Below are positions 38,356 to 48,112 of a DNA stretch of 64,000 nt, piece after piece. Every line of letters starts with the position of its first letter. The first letter of the stretch is position 1. Below the pieces are notes generated by a model. That model saw nothing but the letters and a program-made list of their open reading frames with translations, did no database searches and had not been told where the DNA came from. The position numbers were made by a program, and so were the translations under genes. Source of the stretch: Halocafeteria seosinensis (taxonomy: Eukaryota); NCBI GenBank assembly GCA_001687465.1, contig LVLI01000228.1, positions 1 through 64,000 of the forward strand. The letters run 5' to 3'.

Positions 38356-39256
38356 ATGAACGTGAAATATTTCAATATCCGCGGCCGTGGGGAGCCCATT
38401 CGCATCACTTTGGCGGATTCCGGGGCAGAATGGAAGAATGATACCGTCCCTCGGGATGAATGGCGTGCTCTCAAGGACACTGGGCTCGAGGATGGCACCA
38501 TCCCCTTCGGCCAGATGCCCGTGTTGGAAGATGGAGCGCATAAATACGTCCAAATGAACGGTATGGAGCCCCAGAACCTTGGCGCAAGGATGCGTTTTCA
38601 CGGTGTTCCACGCTCTATTCTACAGCTATCCTCCGTCATGTAGCTCGCAAATTAGGGAAATACTACGGATCCACCGAGTATGAGCAAAGCTTGGTTGACA
38701 TGTACTTGGATGGAGCCGAAGATCTGCGCAACAAGTACTCTGGCCTCGCCTACCGAGGGGGATTTGTAAGTTCTACAGTAATTCAAACGCCTGCAATCAT
38801 ACATAATTGCAAAGTTCATAGTGTGCTTGTTATTGATGGGATCGCAGGAGAATGACAAGGAACTGTCCGAAGCGTTGATGGATTCCTCCAAGGGAATTGT
38901 GGGCTCAACTGGATTGCTGGATAAGTTCGAGCGTATCCTGAGCCGCAATGGAACCAAATTCCTTGTCGGGGCAGAAGTAAGTTTTTGTTTTCTTCACTTT
39001 GTTTATCTGTGTAACTCATATATTATCTATTGCCTTCTGTTCAACACTCCAGCCCACGATTGCTGACTTTTCACTCTTCTGCGTCATCGATGACATGATG
39101 GTCGTTGCTCCCGGCATTCTCAGTGAGTTCCCGAAGCTGTCAGCTTGGTTCAATAATGTTCGCTCTCGCCCGAACATCGCATCATATTTAGATAGCAACC
39201 CTGAGAACCGTAAGCAAGTAAACGGCAACCAACTTGGCAGTGGCTTCAGTTTGTAA
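38356..39256 (+). CDS. Glutathione S-transferase (Tyr-type, pi/sigma-like), 4 exons
   Basis: [40 protein letters not shown] and FPKLSAW...RPNIASYL. First intron at 38561-38625 verified in frame. Confidence 0.92.
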
Positions 39257-39734
39257 GCGTATAAGAGTCCTATATCGACTACGTGACGTCCGTTAGCGTA
39301 TCGACTGCATACTAGCGTACAATATCAATCGTACAGTATAAAAATTTGTACTAGTTGCTTTGCCAGTCTAGCTGTTAAAGTCTACTTTTAGCTTGAAAGT
39401 GCGTCGATTCTGCAGTAGCAGCTCATGATCAAAATTTCACAGTTGGCTTTGACAGCCAGCTGCGCCCAAGACGAGTTGATCCCGTGTGCATTGCCACCAT
39501 CTTGCTGTTACGCTATTAGGACCATTGACTCAAAGCAAACTTATGTGCGATTTACTGTAGACCACTCCTGTATGCGTGGGCCACTAGTACCGTAAGCTTC
39601 CATGATGGTGGGAACATCATGAATGAGTGTCAGTGGGTGAAGTGTACCATAAGAAACGTTCAGGAATATCGTCAGCTTGCAGAGGATCGATATAACTCAT
39701 GCGTTTCTGTAACTTCTGAGATGAGCTTTTAACT

Positions 39735-41476
39735 ATGACGTATCATAGCCCACATCTCCTGCTTGCTGCTGGAATTGTGTTTTCTTGGGGTGTCGTTGGA
39801 TTCCTTCGTGCGGTGCGGTGTGAAGCACTGCCGGCATTCCCGACGTTCGAGCACTACTTGGATTTCGAGTGGGATATAGACCCTTCTTTTCCAGTCGTGC
39901 ATGGAGGAAACTTTTCGATCGAAGCGAATCTTTGGCGTTTCTTCTTTAATGCGGACAACACACCACCCAATGAAGCTGGTAGTGGAGTGCGGGGAAACAC
40001 GCAGCAGGGCTCCACTGTGAGCCTCCACAACGTAAGTCTTTTCGGAACGCACCAAGTGTGCGTCAACTGGTCCCACTATGCAGGAGGTGGGAACCATGAG
40101 GCTTCATACTTTGGGGTTGCGGCAAACTTGCACTCAATACAGCGGAACACCCAAGATGCACGCTGGTTTTTGCTAAACCGTGCCCAGAGTGGTGCTGATA
40201 ATTTTCCCCAGCGACTAAACTGCTTAAACGTAAGCGAAGCGTCCGAGTCTCATCAGCTATTCGGCGTAGGTGTTGGCGCACAGGTCAGTACGTCTCTAAG
40301 AGATCAGTTCCTCGAGTTAAAGGTTTGGGAATTGTTTAAAGTGATGCTAGATGGAACTACATTGAAAATCTCTATCCGATAGACTGTCCTGCTGGGACAT
40401 CTAGAACTGATACCAGAGTCTCGTGCGTGCAGTGCCCGCCTGATACCGTATCGGAGGACGGGCAGAATGGGTGTCAGGTGTGTTCTTTTGACTTAATGCC
40501 GAACAGTGGACAAGCGTTGTGTGTGCCCCGAAAACAAATTCCAACTGCCCGAAATAAAAAACGTATGCCTGTCTTCGAGAATTACATACGTTACGGGGGC
40601 AACGTTTCTTTAGAGGAGACTCATATGAGTTTATCTGTATTGGCTAACAATGTGAATGCCAATGAAACAGCTGAGGGAGAGCAAGCCGTAGGATTTCACA
40701 ACGTCAGTCTCTATGGAGCATCGCAACTGTGCGTCCGCTGGTCTCACTTATCTGTTCAAGGTGGGAATAGATTCGACGGTTACTTTTCTTACTTTGGCAT
40801 TGGCAATAACCTTAGTTCATTGCAAGCTCGTTGGATTCAAACAAACCAGACGGCATTGCGATGGTTCGAGCAAGCTGGTGTGGAATCAAATCCCCCTGTT
40901 AAAGAGGAACACTGTTTCGACGTGCAAGCATTTTCGGAGTCCACTGCCTCTTATGCGGTTTCGGTAGGAGCTTACTGTAGATGCAGTGCTTCGGAAGTTG
41001 CAAAGCTTGTGGTTTGGCGCATTTCGAGAGTGATGGAAGATGGGACAGTGAAGAATATCTATCCTGTACGTTGTCCGGCTGGAATGCATCCCGAGCATGG
41101 CCAAGTGTCATGTAGTTACTGCCCTCATGGTACTTTTGCTGCGGACGATGGACTTTCCGGATGCTCCCGCTGTCCCAAAGGGAGATTCCAAAACGAACTG
41201 GGGCAAGCGGAGTGCCAGCAATGTCAGCGAGGTTACTTTCAGGACATGACCCATGCCGACTCTTGCAAGCCTTGCGGAGCTGGAAGATTGCAGGATAAAC
41301 CGGGCCAAGATCATTGTGATTCCTGCGTTCCCGGTTATTTTCAGGATAAAGAGGCCAGATTAATGTGCAATCGCTGCTCGAAAGGTCGATATCAACCTTA
41401 TGAAGGTCAGTCTACTTGCGTTGGAAAGTTTATGGAGGTACCAGATCAGCGTCCTAAGCGTGTGGTATCGACCTGA
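39735..41476 (+). pseudogene. Secreted protein with two tandem novel domains plus Cys-rich (GCC2/GCC3, ephrin-receptor-like) repeats, frameshifted at about 40359
   Basis: Signal peptide and CP.G.FQ...GQ..C..C repeats. Shifting frame after gat gga act ac restores IENLYPIDCPAG, matching VKNIYPVRCPAG in the second domain copy. Could be an assembly error. Confidence 0.7.
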
Positions 41477-41581
41477 CCAAGAAGGAATTAACAGCCTGTC
41501 TATTCCCTGTGACACTCGAATGGCACGACATCAACACAGACAAACACACCAGTTAAGGTGCAGTGGGTTCGGAAACGTGTA

Positions 41582-42723
41582 TTAGCAGTAACGTGTGATT
41601 CGATGTTGGAAGTTATCGAATGCTTGCTTGGTCATAACCACATTTTCTACCTTCAACATATCCAAGACGTTCAGCTTCTGCATACGGGGCAAACAGTGAT
41701 AAGCGAATTCGTGGCGTATTGAGAAGAATATCCGTTAACTCACCTGATCTGTTATGAGGTCTAGATGCTTCAAATTCCTTATTGCATTGGTAAATGGAGC
41801 ATCATCGTCGACTTGGGAATCCACAAAGAGTGTTCGATTTCGCTTCATTTGTTCTGAAATGTTTAACTGCTCCAAGACCGGTTTTATATCTTTCGTCTTG
41901 TGGGAGTCACTTTGAAGAGCATCCACTACCATTAACTGATTATTCCATAATTTATAATTGAGTGTGCTTCGGAGTGCATATCTCCTCACTTTCTTAGGCA
42001 CACTAAATGTCCAATCTCTAACACGCGGGGGATGCGCCTTGGGGCCTCCAATTCGTCCCGGGACTCTGCAGGTGCATGGGTACGGCGATCATAATCGCAC
42101 ACAAGCGAATATAAGTTAGAAAGATCATACCTTGCTTCACCCACACGAGCCATGCCTAATCCTTTCTGCGGTCTCAGTTTTATGCCCGATCCGGCCACCT
42201 CTCCCCGTTGTTTCGCTTCAAAGTATCCCTTCCTCCGGTTGGCTTGTTGCCACAGGACCACCCTGTGGATGATGTCCCTCCGCAAGGGAGTCTCTGCTAT
42301 GGTCTGATTGACCTGTATATGCTCTCCAGAGGGGGAACCACTCGAAAAATGGTAAATCGGGAGCTGCAGGTCCGATTTTCCCCCTTTGGAGAGGTCCACC
42401 ATGACCTCCATGGGGACCGGAACTCCATCTTGTTGGTAGATATATGACCCTTCTACCTTATGTGAGGCATCCTGCTCGTACTGGGAGGATAGTATGCTTG
42501 CATCATCTAAATAAAGGTTGGAAGGCAGCTCCGAAGGACGCATTTCCGTCTCTTCAGAAGCACTCTCATTCCGGTTCATTGACGCTGTCGATGAGCAGTA
42601 TGAACATACGGAGCCATGGGTCCCCACTAGAGGCCTAATAGAGCTTGGATAGGCAGTGAATGGGGCATTAAATGGCCTCAATGCCCTGACACCCAGGCGC
42701 TGGAAACTAGCTATGCGCATCAT
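41582..42723 (-). CDS. MRPL4: Mitochondrial ribosomal protein uL4m, 3 exons
   Basis: LRRDIIHRVVLWQ, RGEVAGSGIKLRPQKGLGMARVG, PKKVRRYAL and LNVLDMLK. Arg/Ser-rich presequence-like N-terminus. Confidence 0.9.
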
Positions 42724-42836
42724 TTCCTCAGTCGATCGTGAAACTATACACCACAACTCAGGGAAAATGATTGCCAGAAAAGTTAATTATCAACAGGACA
42801 ATGGTGGTATACTACGGTGCATACAATCAACACAAT

Positions 42837-43049
42837 ATGTCGTCTAATAAAGTGGCAGAAAAGATTGTCGTCTATGGAGCAAAACTCGAAAGAGTTCGGA
42901 ACTCAACCAACCTGGGCTGGGAAGCCATCCAAAGTGCTCTGCACGTGGTGAGACTGACAAATTGCATTGAGACAGTTTGGATTGCATCCGACAAAGTTTC
43001 AAAGCACGAAAACAACTTGGATGTCAGTAAGCATATAAAGCGTTCGTGA
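42837..43049 (+). CDS. Possible small hypothetical protein (70 aa)
   Basis: ATG-initiated ORF that fills the gap between uL4m (divergent) and the NHE gene (convergent). No recognised motif. Confidence 0.3.
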   Translation: MSSNKVAEKIVVYGAKLERVRNSTNLGWEAIQSALHVVRLTNCIETVWIASDKVSKHENNLDVSKHIKRS

Positions 43050-43130
43050 GAGAGTCTTAGCAACGTTTACGAAACCGGCACGACTCAAGGTGGTGGCTCC
43101 AAGAATAGAATAAACACACAACAAGAACCC

Positions 43131-44993
43131 TTAGTCTTCATTATCCAGTTCGACGTCCGAAGGAGACCTGTATTCATCATCGTCGAAACTCCCGACACCG
43201 TACCCAAAGAACTCGCCTCTACCAGAGCCAATATCACCATCGTACATAGAAGAACTTCGAGACGTCTGCCCCGGCCGTTCTAACAGTGGTTCTCGCTGGG
43301 CAGGTTGGTTTCCTGTTCCGTTTTCGTCAGAAGTTCCATATCCAGCACCATTTGCATTGGAGGCAGAAGCAGCATTAGTGAGGGACTGGTGCTCAGCAGT
43401 CTCCACCGCGGTCGGTTTTCCACCAAAGTATCGTTTCATCACTTTTTTGTCAAAACTCTTGAACCAGACATGAAACCCGGATCGTTCAACTCTCTCAAGT
43501 GGAGTATTTTTGTTGCGGCCAGCTGCGTCCTCAATTGCCATATCCTCCGCTTCTCCGCCCCCATCTACGTCCGCCTCAGAACGTTTCATATCGAATCGAC
43601 CTAGGATTGGCTCCGTTAGACCACCAGCTACTACAGTGGTAAATATGACGATTGATAGGGTGGTCGTGACAATGTAAACATTGGACTCCTTCCACCCATC
43701 AACTTTGGGCATATTCAAGCTAAGCGCAAATGCAATGGCTCCTCGTAGACCAGCAAACCAGATCACAAACTGCATTTTCGCCGGAATCTTGAGCTTCCGT
43801 CGCAGATTTGCCAGGTTTGCTAAAGGAAAAGTATTCAGCGCGCGACCTATCAAGCAGCACAGAATACCAAGTGAAATGAATTGTGCGCTCCATTTACCGT
43901 ACTCTCCTGTGAAAACGACCATTCCCATATATGCATATACGACGGTCTCTGTTGTGTGAGCAAATGCTTTGAAAATGTATCGGGACGTTTCTCGAGTCAG
44001 GGTACTCATGTTATACCAGTTGTAATGACTCAGTACGATACCCGTGAAGAAGAGAGACATTATTCCTGAAAGCTCAATTGATTCACCCACAGCATATGAG
44101 GCATATGCGAACAAGAAAAGCACTGTTATCTCCTTCGATGGATACTTCATCAAATTACTGTGCTTGAAAATGAAGCATGCCAATAGTCCCATAACTACTC
44201 CCAGCACAATGGAGCCTAACGCAATCCCGAAAAACTTGAGTATTATCAATATATAGTCATCAAACGTGTCCAGTTTACTTCCGCTTCCTGTTAGACTCGC
44301 AAACGTATTAAAAAGAACGATTGAGACAGCATCATTCAGGACGCTCTCTCCAAAAACCAGGGAATACAGTAGTTTGTCACAGTTGATCTCAGGATGTCCC
44401 ATGATACTTAGGGTAGCGACGGGATCCACCGCGGAGATGAGGGCTCCAAACAGAAGACTCTGTAGCGGATTCTTACTGTCGATGGGAATCACCCCCGATT
44501 TAGCGAACCCGTAAATAAGTCCCCCAATAACGAATGCAGAGACCAGCGTGCCGAGGACCGCAAACATGATAATCGTCATAAAGTTCCGAAAGAATCGTTT
44601 CCGTTTGAGCGTGTACCCCGCTTCGAAAATAATCGGCGGTAGCAGCAAGAAGAAGAAGAGTTCGGGTTGAAATCGCAGTACACTTAATTCTGTCTCATCA
44701 CTGATAACGAGCCGTGCAATTCCACCCACGATCATGCCCAAGAGCATGGTGGCCGCCGATTCCGGCAGGTAAAAGATCCTGTACTTTTTGATCACGTAGC
44801 TCAGGGTCAAGGCCATACCAATGAGGAAGATGGCTAAGAGCGCATTGATCGACGCGAATTCGTGCTTATCAGCTGCTACGCCTTGTATACAGAGCCATAA
44901 TGTCCCCATCAGGAAACACCACGAGAGCGAATACCTCTCTATCCAGGGCCTCTTGTCCCCTTTAGGGCCGCGGGATCGATGCCGCATTGTCAT
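43131..44993 (-). CDS. CPA1 Na+/H+ exchanger, NHE8/endosomal type
   Basis: FFFLLLPPIIFEAGY, LISAVDPVA, FGESVLNDAVSIV, ELSGIMSL and GLRGAIAFAL. Confidence 0.93.
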   Translation of the reverse strand: MTMRHRSRGPKGDKRPWIERYSLSWCFLMGTLWLCIQGVAADKHEFASINALLAIFLIGMALTLSYVIKKYRIFYLPESAATMLLGMIVGGIARLVISDETELSVLRFQPELFFFLLLPPIIFEAGYTLKRKRFFRNFMTIIMFAVLGTLVSAFVIGGLIYGFAKSGVIPIDSKNPLQSLLFGALISAVDPVATLSIMGHPEINCDKLLYSLVFGESVLNDAVSIVLFNTFASLTGSGSKLDTFDDYILIILKFFGIALGSIVLGVVMGLLACFIFKHSNLMKYPSKEITVLFLFAYASYAVGESIELSGIMSLFFTGIVLSHYNWYNMSTLTRETSRYIFKAFAHTTETVVYAYMGMVVFTGEYGKWSAQFISLGILCCLIGRALNTFPLANLANLRRKLKIPAKMQFVIWFAGLRGAIAFALSLNMPKVDGWKESNVYIVTTTLSIVIFTTVVAGGLTEPILGRFDMKRSEADVDGGGEAEDMAIEDAAGRNKNTPLERVERSGFHVWFKSFDKKVMKRYFGGKPTAVETAEHQSLTNAASASNANGAGYGTSDENGTGNQPAQREPLLERPGQTSRSSSMYDGDIGSGRGEFFGYGVGSFDDDEYRSPSDVELDNED

Positions 44994-45599
44994 GGTATTG
45001 CACTGAACACCTCTGAATGGACGTCGAATGAGAAATGACACTGTATATAGTGCATAAAGGGTCGAATTCCCCACCCGCAAAGCGGAGACAAGGCACAACA
45101 CGGCCCTCGTTTACAAGCTCCAAGACAAGCTTTGGAGGGAGCGGTGAGATATGACCGTACTTCTACGCCATGGTCCTATCTGTAGTATCAATAGCCTATC
45201 TACCGTGTATCATAGCGCAGTTTATTCGCAAAGAGTTCCCACAATGAAACAATCATTTCGTTCGCTTACCCTGCGGAACGAAGCAAGTGAAGTCGTGGGT
45301 GTCACGTCACGGGAACGATGGTTCTCGCTTACATTACATTTCGTACAGTGATACCATACTTTTGCGGCCCTTACTGCTTGTTGAGATAGTACAGTACACA
45401 AGAAATCGTGTTCACACACCTGCATATATTTTTCAGTATGGGTTGTTGCGTCCCAGGTTGTGGGTACTGTATTCCAGCATTCCATGTACTGGTACTGTAC
45501 TCGTCAACTACCGCTGCCTTCATGAGTGGATCCTTGAGGTATAGAGCGAACCGCAGGGGCTCTATCGGTTCCCCTTGCTTGAATCCTGGGAGTGCTCGA

Positions 45600-45880
45600 A
45601 TGGGTCGGCATTCCCAGGTCAGTTCATTGCCGTCCCCATATGACAATAGGGCGTCCGATGGAACTCCTGTGGTTCGCCGTATGCCTCAAGTACCCACTCA
45701 CGAAGGCAGCGGAGGCATACCCGGCGTGTACAACCATCACGGCATACCTAGATGACATAGTCATTCAGGAACTGCCGGCGGAAGCACGTGCAGCATTCAA
45801 TCTGTTCAGGAAGAACTGCAGCTAGTCGGACTGAAAACCAACAGGGAGAAGACGCATACAATGTACCAATAACTCCGGCA
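45600..45880 (+). mobile_element. Reverse transcriptase fragment of a CRE-like non-LTR retrotransposon
   Basis: G.PM..LWFAV.L, then AYLDDIVI, then (after a frameshift) VGLKTNREKT. Confidence 0.75.
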
Positions 45881-45949
45881 ACAACCCAAGCGAAGCCATT
45901 TCACTGAACAACACGAGCAAACTTCGTATGGAAGACTGTAAAATTTCTT

Positions 45950-47550
45950 GCTGTTAGTCCCCTTCTTCCCCTAGATAAAAATACTGGTATAAAGTCAAAG
46001 AAAACGGTCTTATAACAACCCCCATTTAGGGAAGGCTAAAGCCTTCCCCCGAGACCAAAGCCATGGATCGGGGTGGTACTATAGATACGAGAAAGATACT
46101 AACCCCTAGTGGGTGTGATTCTGGGGTAGGTGACTCACAGGGTGGCGACTCAACCCACCACCGCAGGTTCGGATCTCTGTGAAGCGCCATGTCTGTTCGT
46201 GTGGGCTACGACTGATTTTGCGGATCGCTTAATGGCACGTCGAGCGATAGGTGTTTGACGAGAGGCCGTTCTTCTAGTCGCTGTACTGCTTCGGGTAATG
46301 GTGTCTTGAACCAATGGCGTTGATTCTACCGTCCCCGATGGCGTTGTTGTTGCCAGTTGTTGTTTCAGCCGATGCCGATTGCGTTGTCGTTGATCCCGTT
46401 GTGGTACCCCAATTCCTTCTTGATCGTCGGATCGTATTCCTTGGACGAAATCAAATACACTTCATTTTTGGGGCACAGTACTTTATAATTATTCGCCCAA
46501 TTACAGGCACAGGTGGTCTTGCCACCTGTGTTGATGTTTGCTTGGCCAGTTTCTGTATGCTCTGTACAAAGTCATCCAAATCCATATTCCTCTGCTTATC
46601 CACCAGATTCACCAGTTCTTTCAGCGTCTTCTTGGCTTCGGTCAGTTTCATTATATAGTCACTTCGCAAAGTTTTCAAGTCATTGGTTTTTGACTTGAAT
46701 GTATTACCCAAGGATATGGACTCCGCCCGATTTGCCACCGGATTTGCCTGATCCTTTCTTGTAAAGTCCGTGCGTTTTAACGTACCGACTGGCCTCCCCT
46801 AGGGGTAAATTTTTCTCCTTCATAACCCTTTTGACCAGATCGCCCCGTGATTCACGGCCATCTGATCCTCCGCCGGACGCCCGACAAATGGGGTTGAGCA
46901 TCGCCGAAAATCTCCTTGGATCGTTCGTGGAAACTAATATCCTGTACGGGAAGCCTCTGATCGGGGTTGGAATTTCTCTTTGGGATAGGTGAAGGGATTA
47001 GGATGTTCTATTTTATTGCGATTAAGGTCATAGTTGGCCTGCATAAGGGGTTCATCCAAATCGGCATAGCGTTTTTTATCCGGTGGTTGGGCAATATGCC
47101 ATGTATCAAAGAGGAATTTATATTGCCGAAGGATATCATCTCGGGTGGATGACCCCCGACAGACGGTGGAATTGGTAATCGTCCCGTTTTTATCCACTTC
47201 CACGGTCACTTCATAAATACAGGCTGGGGATTCCGCCGCTTGGTGCTAACAGGCTGGGGATTCCAACCCAATCCCCCGATTGGTGCTAACAGGCTGGGGA
47301 TTCCGTCTGAATCCCCACCACCTTCGCTAACATGGTGGTGAGGATTTTCGTCCTCGCTTGAATCCCCCGCTTTTGGCTAACCGGCTGGGGATTCCATTTG
47401 AATCCCCACCACCTTCTTTAACATGGTGGTGAGGATTTTCGTCCTTGGCTGAATCCCCACCACCTTCTTTAACATGGTGGTGAGGATTTTTGTCGTCGGC
47501 GGTGAAATTTATTTTGTAAATTTATTTTATAAATTCTGGCGGGTGATAGA
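45950..47550 (-). mobile_element. Fragmented endogenous virophage-like relic
   Basis: Minus-strand pieces: an ATPase-like GGKTT...YKVLCPKNEVYLISSKEYD (46407-46526), an RGDLVKRVMKEKNLPLGEASRYVKTHGLY motif with SGG repeats (46704-46880), other short ORF pieces, a hairpin array and an AT-rich end. Boundaries are approximate. Confidence 0.6.
47219..47494. repeat. Array of two interleaved palindromic repeat types
   Basis: Type A (gaatccccaccacc-ttc(gc/tt)taacat-ggtggtgaggatttt) at 47309, 47400 and 47451. Type B core ggctggggattcc near 47221, 47251, 47291 and 47382. Confidence 0.92.
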
Positions 47551-48112
47551 CGCAGCTCCTGGTCGCAGAAGGTCTAGACATACACGAAGGCGAATGGGGC
47601 CCTATCATCCCACCCCAAACATAGCACGACCATTGGACGGCACAAGTATCGTCATTTGTCATTCTGGGAGTCCCGTGCGGTAATGAGCAATTTCAGGAGA
47701 CTATGTGCAGAAAACAACCACACTTGATAACCCCAAATTGGCGACATTGAAAGAAGCATGTAGCGTAGCCTGTAGCATGCACGTGTTCACAGATACAAAC
47801 ACGCACAAATTGGGCTGTACAGTGCAGAACTTGTAGTGTATTCGATGAACGGTACGTGTGGTGGTGGAGCAAATAGGTGCAATCACCGTTCCTACAGTTG
47901 ATTCGCAAACATTGTCTGCACTTCTATTTAGGAAATGAGCGGAGATATTGGGAGACTACAATGTATGTACTCCATGAGCAGCCTGAACCGTCTGCGCGAT
48001 TTAACACGTTAACAGTGAGACCGTCGACGGCATTGTCTAGCCTGCCTCGTGTGTATTATATTTATCCTACCTGTCGAGTTGCTTTCCAGCAGACAGACGG
48101 GTGATATCCCCC

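Noticed and set aside
47219..47494. CRISPR array interpretation of the palindromic repeats
   Set aside because: Linkers are short and partly repeated, two repeat types are interleaved, there are no cas genes and the context is eukaryotic.
47544..47549. TGATAG at the right end of the virophage-like island as a shared target motif
   Set aside because: I found no matching copy at the left end, and a given 6-mer is expected many times by chance in 64 kb.
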